From Octopus sinensis (Eukaryota), in contig NC_042997.1 in assembly GCF_006345805.1 (NCBI RefSeq), positions 84,382,001 through 84,446,000 on the forward strand: a DNA stretch of 64,000 nucleotides, given 5' to 3'. Positions 39,811 to 52,965 of this stretch are shown here, piece by piece. The notes beneath the pieces are model-generated. The model did not search any database. It was not told where the DNA came from and saw only the letters and a list, made by a program, of their open reading frames with translations. Position numbers and translations under genes: made by a program. How positions within the stretch are numbered: the stretch's first letter is position 1; each line of letters begins with the position of its first letter.

Positions 39811-40738
39811 CTTTCTACATGATATAATCAGTCATCGTGTATTTGTGTATGTAATAATGTGTAAGGGAAGTCAAAACAAATCAAGATTCATCATAGTCGT
39901 AATAATGAAATATAAATCATTTCAAACATTGGAACAAGGCCAGAAACTTTTGGGTAATGGGCAGTAGATTATATCAATCAAAGTACTTGATTTTATTAAC
40001 CCCTGAAAGGATGAAAAACAAAATTGGTCTCGGTAGAATGTTAACTCAAGATGTAAAAAGGCAGAACTGCTCTATGGATTCTATTTATAGGTCTGGTTAT
40101 AATGATAACGATAACTTTTAACATAGGTACAGATCCAGAAATGTTTGGAGAAAGGAAAGAATGATAATACCAACTGGTAGCTTTATTGTATTATCCCTAA
40201 AGTTTGAGCTCGATGAAATTTGAACTCAGCACGTAAAGAGCTAAAAAATATATTAAAAACCATTTTATTCAAAACCCCAACGAATCTCCCAATTTACTGT
40301 CTTTACGAGGCTAATAATTATTGTTTTTAACCATGCAGATTCGTACAGCCATCCCTATCGTGTACACTTATTCAATGAACCTTAAAAAAAAAGAAAAAGA
40401 CATAACTGGAATTTAACAAGAGGCAGAACGGTTATTTATTCAGAAATGGATCACTTTCGGTGCATTGAAAGACATGCAAAGCACTGCAATTCCGAAGCAA
40501 CTATAAATGTAAACACTTCCTGTAGAACGTGTATTGTTAATGATTTATAAAGCTATAGTGTTACTTTGATCAAGAAAGTCTGACTGTTATGTATTTTCTT
40601 ATGTACTCTGTGCCGTCACGATTTCGTTTTTGATGTTTATTTTTTTCTATCAATTTTGACTTTTCTTACAAATTCGAGAGAATTGGAAGAGTGATTTGTT
40701 GTTGTTGTTGCTGTTGTTGTTGTTGTTGTTGTTGTTGC

Positions 40739-40772
<34 letters not shown>

Positions 40773-42522
40773 ACTGATGTTGCCGATGAAGATAGTTTAT
40801 TGGTAAATCCACAATCCGCTGATTCACCATTGGGCATACGTTATATATCCATTCTTCAGTGCAGTGACGATTTCATGAAAGTATATAAGATTAACAAAAA
40901 TTTCTCTGAAACAGAGGAGACAATAAAGTAATTTTTCACTTCCTCCTCACTTCGAAACAAAAGAATTCTATTTATCCTTCCTCCTAAGGAGGAATCAAAA
41001 GCCCACCACCCACCACACTCTCCAGACACTTCCCACTTTGCACCTGTAAAAGGGTTTTCTACCCTGTCCCTCTTTTCTTCTATACACTTGCAGATGATTT
41101 TACTTCTCAAGGAACGATTAATATACCACAAATACTGTTCAGACATATATCTCTCATCAGTTATCTCTCATCAGTTATCTCTCATCAATCTCTGTGTGGT
41201 GCCTTTGCTAACGTAGAACCCACTTTCCTTACAACTCATCCCACTCATCTGGATTATCAACAACAAAGACTTCCTGTCAATCTGTCTTGAAAGCTTCCTT
41301 TCCCTCTTCCTCTAAATTCTTGTCCTGCCTCTATCAACTACCAATAGCTATTTACTTATCTATTATCTATCTAGAAATAATTTCTCCGAACTTGCCATGT
41401 ACTTCAGCTTGTTGTTTAGCCCTAGGTTAGCCCTGATGGCGTAAATCTATGATTAAAGCCATTCTAGTTGTGATTGTTGTTTTTCATCAGGCAGTGTTTA
41501 CTTTTCTTTCAATGTGTGCATTTTTCATTACAGGGGGATGCAATTTGAGGGACAGTTGGCTGGTATAACTATTAAGTCAAACCACCACAAAGTGGCCTGT
41601 TTATCTGAAGATTTTGTTTAATTCTAGGTAAAACTTTGGCCGTGCAATTCTATGCTGAAATGTGTTCCAGCTGTGTCCATATAGTCTTTTATATATTAGG
41701 GTCTATATTGTTCAATGTGTCTTTTATCAAAACAGTAGGAGGCATATGAAGGAATTTAGGTGCTATATCTTGCTTCTTGAATGACTACATAGAGAATCTT
41801 TCTTTGGCGCAACGACCAAAAGTTAAAATTCTCAAGAATTTCAAATGGTCTTGGTTCTTGAATTCCTTTCATATCGAGACTACTGTTTCTGAGATTCAAT
41901 TGGATGCTAATCTGAACTGTCTGCACCAGTTAGTATTTTCATTCCCCCACATATTTGACTGACGTATCATTTCTCCAAACATGTTCACTTATATTATGAT
42001 CTTCAAAACTCAACTTTTATCCAACTATTTCTGTCACGGAAACCATAAGACCATCTGAACATTACCTAATCTGATAAAATACCCCAACATCTTCCTTCTG
42101 CACAGCGACCCTGCATTCTCTGGTACTTATGACTTTTTCTAGTTCTAGTTGGACTATCATTTGTATCAAAATTGTTTCACTTCTGAAGCCATCCTTGAGG
42201 CAATCATTTCTCTATAGTTCTTCAACCATTTTCTCCTTTCTCAATTCGCAATTACAGTTCAGTTCTCCAGGCAGAGGTTGTAGCCTACAACTACTGGAAG
42301 AAGTAACCATGTCCACTCATTCAAAAGTATTCCTTCACAAATGAAACAGCCATCAGAGAGAGCTTACTCAAAGCCACACTGAATGTGCCATAAGTTGCAG
42401 AGATGTCACCAACATTCATACTTTTGTATTATCTATTTCAGTCACATTTAACCAGTTGTCTAGCAGTGCATACATACATACATACATACATACATACATA
42501 CATACATACATACATACATACA

Positions 42523-43075
42523 TGGTGGCTGCCCCCTCATTATCGAGTATGGCCATTGCACGAAGCTTAATCAATGTTGTTATCGTGCAATGCCTGTGCA
42601 AGAAGATTTTTTAAAGTGAGGAAAAGCTGTGCACTGAGTCGATCCCACTCATTAAGCAACAGCAGCCATAATCTGAAAGGAAGTACAATTCAACATCATC
42701 GGTAACCACTGAGCCGCAGGTTTTATGTCGGAGTTATCCCAGTTACCTGAGTTACCTTCTCCTAGAAGGATGCCCTAACAAAGGCTAGGAGTCCTTCACT
42801 CCCAATGGTTTAATCGCGCGGTCGGGTATTCAGTCCAATTATTTCTATGTCCCCGCGCATGATACAGCTTAAGACATTTATTGGATGGCCGTTGACTCTC
42901 AAGAGTTCCTCAACCCTTTGCCGGGTTTTGTTTTTCATCCCGCAGGGTGTCCAATAAACACTCTTCTCACCAAGCAAGCTTGGTGGGGTTGCCGGTTTAG
43001 TCGCCGATGACCCGACCATGCAATAGGTTGTACTGGGTTACATCTTACCAGTAGCACTCGAAAGTGACCTGACAT
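42523..43075. mobile_element. Approx. 550-bp non-coding, relatively GC-rich interspersed element between two (CATA)n tracts
   Basis: Sharp boundaries at (CATA)n on both sides; no recognisable ORF; family assignment uncertain. Confidence 0.45.
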
Positions 43076-43082
43076 AAATACA

Positions 43083-43170
<88 letters not shown>

Positions 43171-43256
43171 ATATATATATATATATACATACATACATAC
43201 ATACATCATACATACATACATACATACATACATACATACATGCATACATACATACA

Positions 43257-44290
43257 TCAGATGACAGGATGAGCCTATATGAGCCTATATGAGCAGAAGA
43301 CTATGCATGGATATATTAGTAGAAAGCTCGGCGATGATCGTGACATTGATCATCAAAGCAGTCTATCATGGACCAATAACAGGATTGTTACCTCCCACCT
43401 TGGAGGGTATGCGTTTGCAATCCAGGAAGAGGAAATACCAACAAGGTACCTGATGCACAAAAGGGAAAGAGATGCAGGAAAAGCAGTAAAATGTGATAAC
43501 CGATGCAGACTTTGTGGAGTTAACATCGAAGATATCACCCACATCATAAAGTAGTTGTCCGAAAATGTCATCACGGTATTATCTACCGATGAGACATTAT
43601 GTTGTAATGAAATCTGTCGGAAGGATAACCTCGAGGAAAAAGAAAATAAGAACCTACTCTATGGTAGAAGCCATAGCCACTCATAATAAAAAGGGGAGCT
43701 GGTGGAATGTACCGATGAAGACCTGAATAAAATGTAAACACAACAGACCCGATATAATGATTTGGGATAGAAAAGAGAAACTGTGAAAAGTTGTGGAAAT
43801 TAGCTGTCCAGTGGATGTTAACATAGAGCTGAAGATCAGTGAAAAGGGGAACACCTATGATGTGCTCTTGAGAAAATTGCAGTTACTCTATCCAGATTAC
43901 AAGTTCAGGTCCAAACCTGTAATTATTGGATCCTGGGCTAAGTACCATACTGACTAAATGCCAATCTTGAGAAATTAGGCTTCTCAAAACCAGAAAGGAG
44001 AAACCTAATCCGAAGACTACAGATTCAGTCCATCACTGGAACTGTAAAAATCTGTAAAACTTTTCAGACGTTTATCATTTAAATATATATGAGTATGTCT
44101 AGATATGCAACTATATGCATAAGAATACATACATAAAACAAAGCATACAAATCTACATAAATACATACGTACATACATAAATACCTTATTGTTGATGTTG
44201 AAATTCCAATGAAGGAACCTTGGATCTAGGTTAAAAACCGGCCCTTTATCTATTGGCAAGAAATCTTGAAATAAAATTGAACAATGACAT
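43257..44290 (+). mobile_element. 5'-truncated RLE LINE (second family), decayed, flanked by (CATA)n
   Basis: AIQEEEIPTRYL...CRLCGVNIEDITHI (CCHC), KHNRPDIMIWD, VEISCPVDVNI, LQLLYPDYKF. Confidence 0.88.
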
Positions 44291-44573
44291 GCATACAAAC
44301 ATACATACATGCATACATATGCATCTATGTGTGCGTATATATATGTGCGTATACATACATACATATATGTATATATATATAGTAAAGAAAAATAAGTTGG
44401 CTAGCAGCAAGCTGTTTCGCCTCATACCGAAGGAATTAGAAATGGCAGTCAAAGACCGTTTTTTCCATTTCTATAAGTGGAGATTCCAAAAAACGAAGGC
44501 CCTTGCGGCTCACATACACAAAACCGGAGTGGCAAATATACGAATTCAGTCACTTACCGTTAATAGCGAACAC

Positions 44574-44672
<99 letters not shown>

Positions 44673-44676
44673 TTAC

Positions 44677-45702
44677 ATATATGTAAAAGTAAAAAAATAC
44701 ACAAACTGGGACAAGAACGTGAAACATTTAGAAGACGACACAAAAAACACGGACGGGACTTTCGAAGCTCTCAGTCATCAGTCAAGAACCGGATCATCTT
44801 CGCAATTTCGGCTGATTAATCTTGAGATTGCTCCGATCTGGGCAGCCCCCATGGGAAATCTAAGCCAAGCGCATTAGATTCCTAGGAAGAAAGCCTCGAA
44901 AGTATACAACACAGGGACGGAAAACGGACGATGTTACACGAATAAAAATACAAAAATACGTAAAAACAATAATGATAGCACGAATAAGAATACAAAATAC
45001 GTAAAAACAATAATAACAAAACCAGGACGTCAGGACAAGCGTCTTTTCGACAGGACGAGTTAAGTTTAGTTTAGGGCTGGCTATGGAAGAGTGCCTTAAG
45101 GCAACGGAGCACAAACAAATACGTGTTGCCACACTGACTACTGGATGCGAAAAGGCAGTAGTCGCTGGCTGGTCACGTGAGCACAAAAGAGAGGAGAAAG
45201 GGACAGATGAAGAGAGAAAGAAGGGGAACAAGGGAGGAGAAGAAGAGAGGGAAAGAGACAGGTCAAGTGGGGTGTAAGGTGTGAGAGGCAGAGAAATATG
45301 GGAGAGGGGGGGAAAAAGAGACAGTGTAGTAGAGTCGTACCAATGTTAGAGAGTAATATACTTACGTATAGGGTCAAAATGTGGGTACGTAGCCGCCATG
45401 TATATATGTAAAAGTAAAAAAATACACAAACTGGGACAAGAACGTGAAACATTTAGAAGACGACACAAAAAACACGGACGGGACTTTCGAAGCTCTCAGT
45501 CATCAGTCAAGAACCGGATCATCTTCGCAATTTCGGCTGATTAATCTTGAGATTGCTCCGATCTGGGCAGCCCCCAAGGGAAATCTAAGCCAAGCGCATT
45601 AGATTCCTTGGAAGAAAGCCTCGAAAGTATACAACACAGGGACGGAAAACGGACGATGTTACACGAATAAAAATACAAAAATACGTAAAAACAATAATGA
45701 TA
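44677..45702 (-). mobile_element. Non-coding element with 301-bp direct repeats (44677-44977, 45402-45702), period 725 bp, flanked by (TA)n
   Basis: Repeats differ at only 2 positions; strand inferred from T-richness and hammerhead core motifs on the minus strand. Confidence 0.85.
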
Positions 45703-45714
45703 TATATATATATA

Positions 45715-46158
45715 AACAATTCAGAGAGTTTCTATTTTGGATATATTTGGGGTACTTAGTTGTGCTCATGACTTAGTGTTCGCTTCTTCCATGGGTATAT
45801 GTAAGTATTTCACTTATTTCTTTGCCGCATTTATCACTGATGAAGGAAAGGTTCTTATGAACTAACTCTGAAATCGGGTCCGATATGGCAATAACGGGAT
45901 TTTTTAGAAATTTCTGTCGGCTTTCTTTGAAACGTGTGCTTGTAGTGATGAATTACATGGTTATTGGCGTTGTCTCTATTTTCGGCATATTTTGGCATTA
46001 GAAATTTTTTCTTTTGCCCTTACTTATAAATTGTTTATAAATTTAACCTTTAAAGGTATTTTTTAATACGCTGGCCATTGATAGAATGTTGAAGGGAATC
46101 TAACAGTTTTGTCTGTTTCTTAAACTGCTTATAAACACCTTCCACGCTGCAATTGTTT
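45715..46158 (+). mobile_element. PLE-type terminal fragment between (TA)n tracts
   Basis: Contains an intact hammerhead core; 45947-46085 is homologous to 59379-59505. Confidence 0.7.
45831..45891 (+). ncRNA. Type I hammerhead ribozyme candidate with canonical core
   Basis: CTGATGA 45837-43; stem II agg/tct plus inner gttc/gaac; GAAA 45870-73; stem III TCGG-gt-CCGA; UA 45884-85; stem I ttatca/tggcaa (5 of 6 paired). Confidence 0.65.
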
Positions 46159-46165
46159 TATATAT

Positions 46166-46211
<46 letters not shown>

Positions 46212-46506
46212 ATATATACACATAAATATATATATATATACACATATATATATACATATACATACATATATATATATACATATATATATGTATATATATA
46301 TGTGTAATAATATATATATATGTATGTATATATATGTATATATATGTATATATATATATGTATGTATATATATGTATATATATATATGTATATATATGTA
46401 TATATATATGTATGTATATATATGTTTATATATATATGTATGTATATATGTATATATATATATGTATGTATATATATGTATATATATATGTATGTATATA
46501 TATATG

Positions 46507-46540
<34 letters not shown>

Positions 46541-46590
46541 TATAGTATATATATATATATATATAGTATATATATATATATATATGTATG

Positions 46591-46624
<34 letters not shown>

Positions 46625-46680
46625 ATATATGTATATATATATATATATGTGTATATATACATATATATTATATATAACAC
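46159..46680. repeat. Long interrupted (TA)n/(TACA)/(TATG) microsatellite
   Basis: Direct reading; source of the 201-aa IY-repeat ORF. Confidence 0.97.
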
Positions 46681-47811
46681 ATAGATGCATACAAATACAT
46701 ATCATATACGACCCGATTTCATGCAGTTCCCATCTAGTAAATTCACTATCAAGGTGCTAGTTGTCCAAGAGCTACAGTTGGGCCATTCTCATGAAAGTTA
46801 AATCAAAAGAGGTTTTCCAAAGTTTTTTTTAAATGCCTTGAAAAATCATTATATACCTGTAATGGTATGTTGAAATGGTTTATTTTCAACTAGATATCGA
46901 TATTAGGACAATTTCTTCCATATCTGCACTATTTGAAGATATATAAAATATTTGACGTATGTCACATCCATTTTGGTCCCACACATCACACCAGGTAAAT
47001 GAAAATTTAAACCACAGCCATTGTTTCCCAGCAAGCATATTATCATGTTTTGAAATTAAAGGTCAATGTAAATAAACACGATGAGGCTTTTTCTGATACT
47101 CTAGAGAAGTTCAGAAGTAGCAGTTTATATTTTCAGGTGAAAAAATATTAATTTGTTCGATGTCGCCAGCGTTACACTTTTTGAATTCAACATACGTTCC
47201 AGGTAAAATGTTTTCGTTTTATACTGGCCTGGGTAGTCAAACTTTAATCAAGAATTCTTGTAAATGTTTAAAATTTACAGCTTAGATATTTCATATTTTG
47301 GTTCACAAGCTGTCACGTACGAAACACGTAACTGGCACAGTAAAAGATTTTACACGTTTTAATTTGAAACTGTGTTCAAAGTTGCAAAGTCAAATGTTAC
47401 ATAAAAATAAGGTATTATCTACCAAGGTCTTGATGGTTTACAAAAGTAAACTTTGATTTGAAACTATGCTGTCCTTGTTTGCTTGCCGAAAATGTTTGCT
47501 CCTGTTCTACATTAAGCTATTTCACTAGTTTACTTAAGAGCTGAGCACGGTTACATTACAGTTGTCTGAGACTCTTATAGGCAGCTTACAGAGACTCTTA
47601 TATGCAGCTTCATGAACCATCCTTGTCTTATTTAAGTTTTAACAAATGTTATCAATGCCACATCAAGTATGGATTGAAATATTGAAAATACGACTGAGTT
47701 TTCTTTCACAAGCATTTTCCAGATCGGTATCATCATATGGCCCACTAGAGTATTGGAGATATTTTAATGAAATATACGAGAATCTTGAAAACAGAGGAAA
47801 CATACAAAATA

Positions 47812-47873
<62 letters not shown>

Positions 47874-48982
47874 GTGCTCATACGCAATGACGATGAAGTA
47901 GATGCGGAGGAGGAGGAGAAAGAGAGGGATAATAGCGAAACAGTGCCAGGATGAAAGAGTAATTCATTTATAATGTTATTATTGCGTTAGTAAAGAAAGT
48001 GTTCTATAAATTTCGTTTATTTCGAGATTGCCAATGGTTTTTCATCATTTAGAAGTCATTTTTCGTGATGATAGTCAAGAGTAGAGTTTGATTCAATGAG
48101 CTTATAATGAGAAAAACTGATGGCTTATAATGATGTATATGCTCTCGGTTTCACGTAAGACAACATTTATTCAAATTTAATGAGGTTTCGATTTAAACTT
48201 ATATAATACGGAAACTTTCCCTTCTTAGGAAATCTAGACAATGTATAGGTTGCAATGTGAAATTAATTGTGCGTGCACTCGTTAAATACTCATCCACAAG
48301 AAGATATATTATACTCGTGTAAGCATGCCCAATTATTCATATCTACTTTTATTACTTTGAATCTCTTCCAAGAATGAACTACAGTAATACAATAGATAAA
48401 TAGTTTGAATTTGAAAACAAGAGAAGTGAGATCGATTTTACTGCAAGAATATAAGAATATAATATTAGACCTAAACATTGTTCCCTTTGCATTGTTTCTC
48501 TTCATATTCTGAGCAGAAGTGTTTGGGGATAGCAACAAAACAAAATAATTGCTTTCTCTAACTACGAGTTAAATTGCTGTTAAATTAAAACCTGTAAAGA
48601 ATTAACATGAATCTGGTGCATGGAAATCCAGAGACATAATTTCAACAATGTGATAGTGTTATCAATGATTCTTGACTTTGACACAAGGTCAACGAATTTG
48701 AAGCAGGAGAATATTTCACTTGTGTGTATCGACTTTGGGAATACGAAAGGCAATGTCGGCTACGGCGACTTCTAAACCGAGAATGCAAGGGGGCGTAACA
48801 AATACAAAGGTGTGTAAAGCCTATAATTCAGTACTTGATAGCGTCTAGGACCCACCAATCTAGCAGTTCAAATAATGTCTTAAGCACAATCCGGCTTCCT
48901 TTGCAAATAATACAACATGGTAACTATATACAGCTACCGTCAAAGTTGCCCCAGTCGTGGTCAACCACAAACGGAGCGACTC

Positions 48983-49023
<41 letters not shown>

Positions 49024-49891
49024 GATGTAGTATATTTGGAACTACTTTCTCGAATCCACCATTTATATAATGTTGTTGGTGTGATTTGAGTGAGATCTGA
49101 CTGTTACAGGAGGCTGAGCGACGTCGTAGAAGCTTCCTTGTAAGAACCACTCTCTTCCTTTCCTTCTTTTTTCTTTCTTTTCTTCCTTCCTGCATTTCTT
49201 TCTTTGTTTCTTTCTTTTTCTTTGTTTCTTTCTCTCTCTCTTCCTTTCCTTCTTTCTCTCTGTCTCTGTCTCTCTCTGTCTTTCTTTACTTTCCTTTCTT
49301 TTTCTTTCTTTCTTTCTTTCTTTCTTTCTTTCCCCTCCTCTCACTCTCTGTCGTTGAGAAATAAGCAGAGCCATTCCTACAGTCCGTGTGTGTAGAAATA
49401 TAATTATATTTGGTATTAGACGACTAACCTAGTGAGAAACTTGACCTTGCAAATATTAGAGACTCCAGAGCGAGGAAAAAAAATAACTGACAAAAAGCGT
49501 GATTGTTGTTGTTGATGAAGATGATTATGATGATGATATTGCTGGTCAGAATGGCGGTGTCAGTGGTTGTGTCGTTGGTCGTGTTTGTGGTGGAAGTGGT
49601 GGTGGTGGTGGTGGAGAGAATTTTTAAAGATGACAGCTACAGTGGCGCTGATGACGTAGTGGTGAAGGCGAGGGTCGCGGTGGGCGAAAGGGACGATGAT
49701 GACGGTGGTGGCGACGATGCGAGGTGGGAGCTGGAGATTGTTGCTGCATTGCGAAAAGTGCAATGAGCTAATAGTTGCTAAGAAACCACCCAAGGGAACA
49801 AGTTTACAGAACAATAGCGATAGTGGTGTGGGTAAGAGTGACGGAGCAGTCAATGATAACAAGAACAAGAACAGCAAGAACAACAACAACA

Positions 49892-49964
<73 letters not shown>

Positions 49965-50034
49965 TGAAGAAGAGCAACATTAACTACTGAAGCTGCTGTG
50001 GCTGCTGTTGTTGCTGCAGCTGCTGCTGCTGCTG

Positions 50035-50092
<58 letters not shown>

Positions 50093-51659
50093 AAGGAAGT
50101 GCAGGGACGCTTCTTTGACCTATACCTAATAAATTGTGTGAAACATATGTAGGTTATCGGTTCCATATGGCAGTTACATGCAGAAGGGAATACAGGCTGG
50201 TTGGCTGTCTTAAAGATATGGCTGTTTAGCGTGTCAACACACTATGGGTGGCATTTCAGTATTCTGTATACAGATACATTGCATATGGTGGGAGAATTTT
50301 TCCGATAATCGGTCATGATAAAATGCCGGTGATCATAAATAAACATCGTTTCTGAATGAAAGACTGTTCTGTCTTTAGTATTGAATGAATGTATCCGTCG
50401 AAACCAGTGTGTTTAATGCGTTGCAGTCGCATTTCTTTTTACATGGCATGTCACACATCAACAGTGAATGAATTTTACTTACATTTTCATGAATTATATC
50501 TCTTAATCAATCTGTTTATTATTGTTAGACGATCAAGTTCATTATCCAACTTTAAGCCTGGTGTTATCAATAAGTGATAAATTCCATAGATATAAATTCT
50601 AGAATGAGCTCAATAGTATTCAACTCTTCATTGGACCTCATCCAAAGTAGTTGATAACATTTAACATATTAAGATAAGAAAACTCTTTAAAATTTTGGTG
50701 TTGTTGCTGATTATTGCAAATGCAAAAGATTGAAACATCTTGGAGTCAAATGTTTTGACCACGGATAAACGAAACCGTTCATAATAAGATTCAAACTGTT
50801 CTACACACACTTGCACATTTACTATCAATTCGATTCGTTGATATGTGCAAAAGATTATATGAGAAGCTTTCGGGCGAATCCAATCAATTTATCAGACATT
50901 TTTTAAAGAAGAGCTTTATAGTTTGCTTGAAGCGTTGTGATACAAAAGGTAAAATAGCAAAATAATGAATATGGAGACCTTGCTATGTGAAAAGCAAGAA
51001 GTTTAGCAACCTGTATATATTTCAAGCACAAAGGCGCACCACTAGAAGTGAACAGAATAAAGAAATGTGAGACTATAAAAATCTGGACATGTTGAGTACT
51101 GTGTGAGTACCGGCACTCACTTTCTTTTACATTCTTCATTTCTGATGACGGGCCTGAAATATAAAAAGATTGCTAAATATTTCTCTTTTCGCATTGAAAA
51201 AAGTTCTCCGTTTTCCCATTTTTGCTATATTCTAATCGAATTGATTTATAAAAAGACAGTATTGAAACGCAAAACTACTAAACAGCTTTTCTGCCTCTGT
51301 CTTCTCGATTAGATAATTATTTATAGAATATTAAAATGGTCACTAAAAACCAAGAAACTTACGTTAATATTTGTTAATTATGTCATAAGGGATAGTTTAT
51401 GAGTGTTATGTAATTTAGCTGCAGATCAACCTTGATCCGTATGTTCAGAGCAAATCCGACCGTGACAGTCTTGGTTTTATAAGAGAATTTTGGGCTGCAT
51501 TATCCAGTGTGTCCTTTTCCTTTTGCGAGACAGTCATGAATGATTTGAGGGAAATTTAGTTATTATATCCAGTAAGATGAGCGTCAATGTAGTGTCTACT
51601 TTGCTCGTGTTTATAGTATACACACAACTATAATTTAAAATATTTATACCTACAAAAGG

Positions 51660-51985
51660 TGAAGACGCGTAGCTTAGTGGTTAGAGTATTCAACTCACGA
51701 TCAAGGTTGTGAGTTCAATTCCCGGCGACGCGTTGTGTCCTTGAGCAAAACACTTTATTTCACGTTGCTCCAGTTCACTCAGCTGGCAAAAATGAGTTGT
51801 ACTTGTTTTTCAAAGGGCCAGCCTTGTCACACTCTGTGTCACGCTGAATCTCACTGAGAACTACGTAAAGGGTACACGTGTCTGTGGAGTGCTCAACCAC
51901 ATGCACGTTAATTTCATGAGCACGCTGTTCTGTTGATAGGAACAACTGGAACCCTTGTTGTTGTAACCGACAGTACGTCATATAT
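51660..51985 (+). mobile_element. Near full-length SINE family C
   Basis: tRNA-like head gcgtagcttagtggttagag...gagttcaattccc, core ttgtgtccttgagcaaaacactt, 3' tail. Confidence 0.85.
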
Positions 51986-52469
51986 CTACAAAATAATTCA
52001 TAAGTTAACAACGTGATCAAGTTGGAGAGGTGTTGGATTTACTACACATAGGTAGTTTCATAACCACAAACGTTTTGCCTTGCGCATATAATCTAGCTAG
52101 CTCGCTTGTTATGCTGCAATGGGGAAACATTTATAAAATTGATTTACTTCTGGCTGATTTGAAAATGACAAATGAAGTGACACCCAGAAAAAATTTGCAA
52201 CACAGATTTATGTCTGTGGTCTGTCAAATGTGAGTGTTGCAGTATTGGCAGGCTGAAATGTTGCTTTTCAGTAAGTAAATTACTATATGTGGTTACTTTT
52301 TTTTGAACATTTGACACAGTGCAATACATAGAAATACATTGATAATAAATAAATAATATATGGTGGATGATTAAATAGAAGTAATGTAACCCAGAACAGG
52401 CTGAGTCAGGTTAGATGAGGGATCATGCACCATTGTAGTGCATTGTTGCCTTCCCATTTGTCAGTATAT

Positions 52470-52965
52470 TCCCAGGTCCTCCCGAGAGACCCATCGAGCT
52501 GAGTCCCAGTTCGTCCCCGTCTCCTCGAGATGCTTCCTCATCAGCTGTGACCACCAGAATGTAGTCGACCAACACACGGAGTCAATCTAGCCGGATCCTC
52601 AGTGAAGAGAATAGAGTAAGTAGGGTCTAATTAAAAAGATCGAGCAACATGGCCAAACAGCGTGAGCTGCTCCCGAATCATGCAAGCATCATGATGTATC
52701 CCAGAAAAGAAAGTCACATGCTGAGCCCATATTTGAACTGCGCAGGCTGTTTCGGTGTACAAGGTCATCATCATCATTTGAGGAGGTATATCTCGCAGCT
52801 CCAGAACCTTCTAAAGCACATCCCTGCCCACCGACTCAAATGCCTTGCGACGGTCGACATAGGCTGCAAGCAGTCCCTTCCGGAAGCTCCGCTTGCGTTC
52901 GCTGATTACTCGAAGAGCTAGAATCCTGTCAATAGTTGACGGACAGGGGTACAGCAAAACTCAAG
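52470..52965 (-). pseudogene. Internally deleted RTE-clade LINE (RT motif region joined to C-terminus)
   Basis: TIDRILALRVISE...LLAAYVDRRKAFESV and IREQLTLFGHVAR. Confidence 0.85.

Noticed and set aside
40637-40837. 66-aa minus-strand ORF (MPNGESADCG...poly-T)
   Set aside because: Half is a (CAA)n microsatellite; in-frame stop just upstream; no homology recognised
42940-43075. Possible HDV-like ribozyme at the end of the CATA-flanked element (minus strand)
   Set aside because: A P2/P4/J4-2-like part can be drawn, but P1, P3 and P1.1 do not fit the nested double pseudoknot
44415-44450. Minus-strand atgaggcgaaacagct, hammerhead-like
   Set aside because: No CUGANGA core and stem III palindrome broken; at most a heavily decayed PLE end
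44755-44781. Standard type I hammerhead using CTGATGA with the downstream GAAA (44759-44762, minus strand)
   Set aside because: Stem II (c...c) and stem III do not pair in this arrangement; the permuted reading with the upstream GAAA fits better
49503-49983. Overlapping ORFs in a GC-richer patch
   Set aside because: Degenerate GGT/GAT/AAC trinucleotide mosaic with stops in the most protein-like frame
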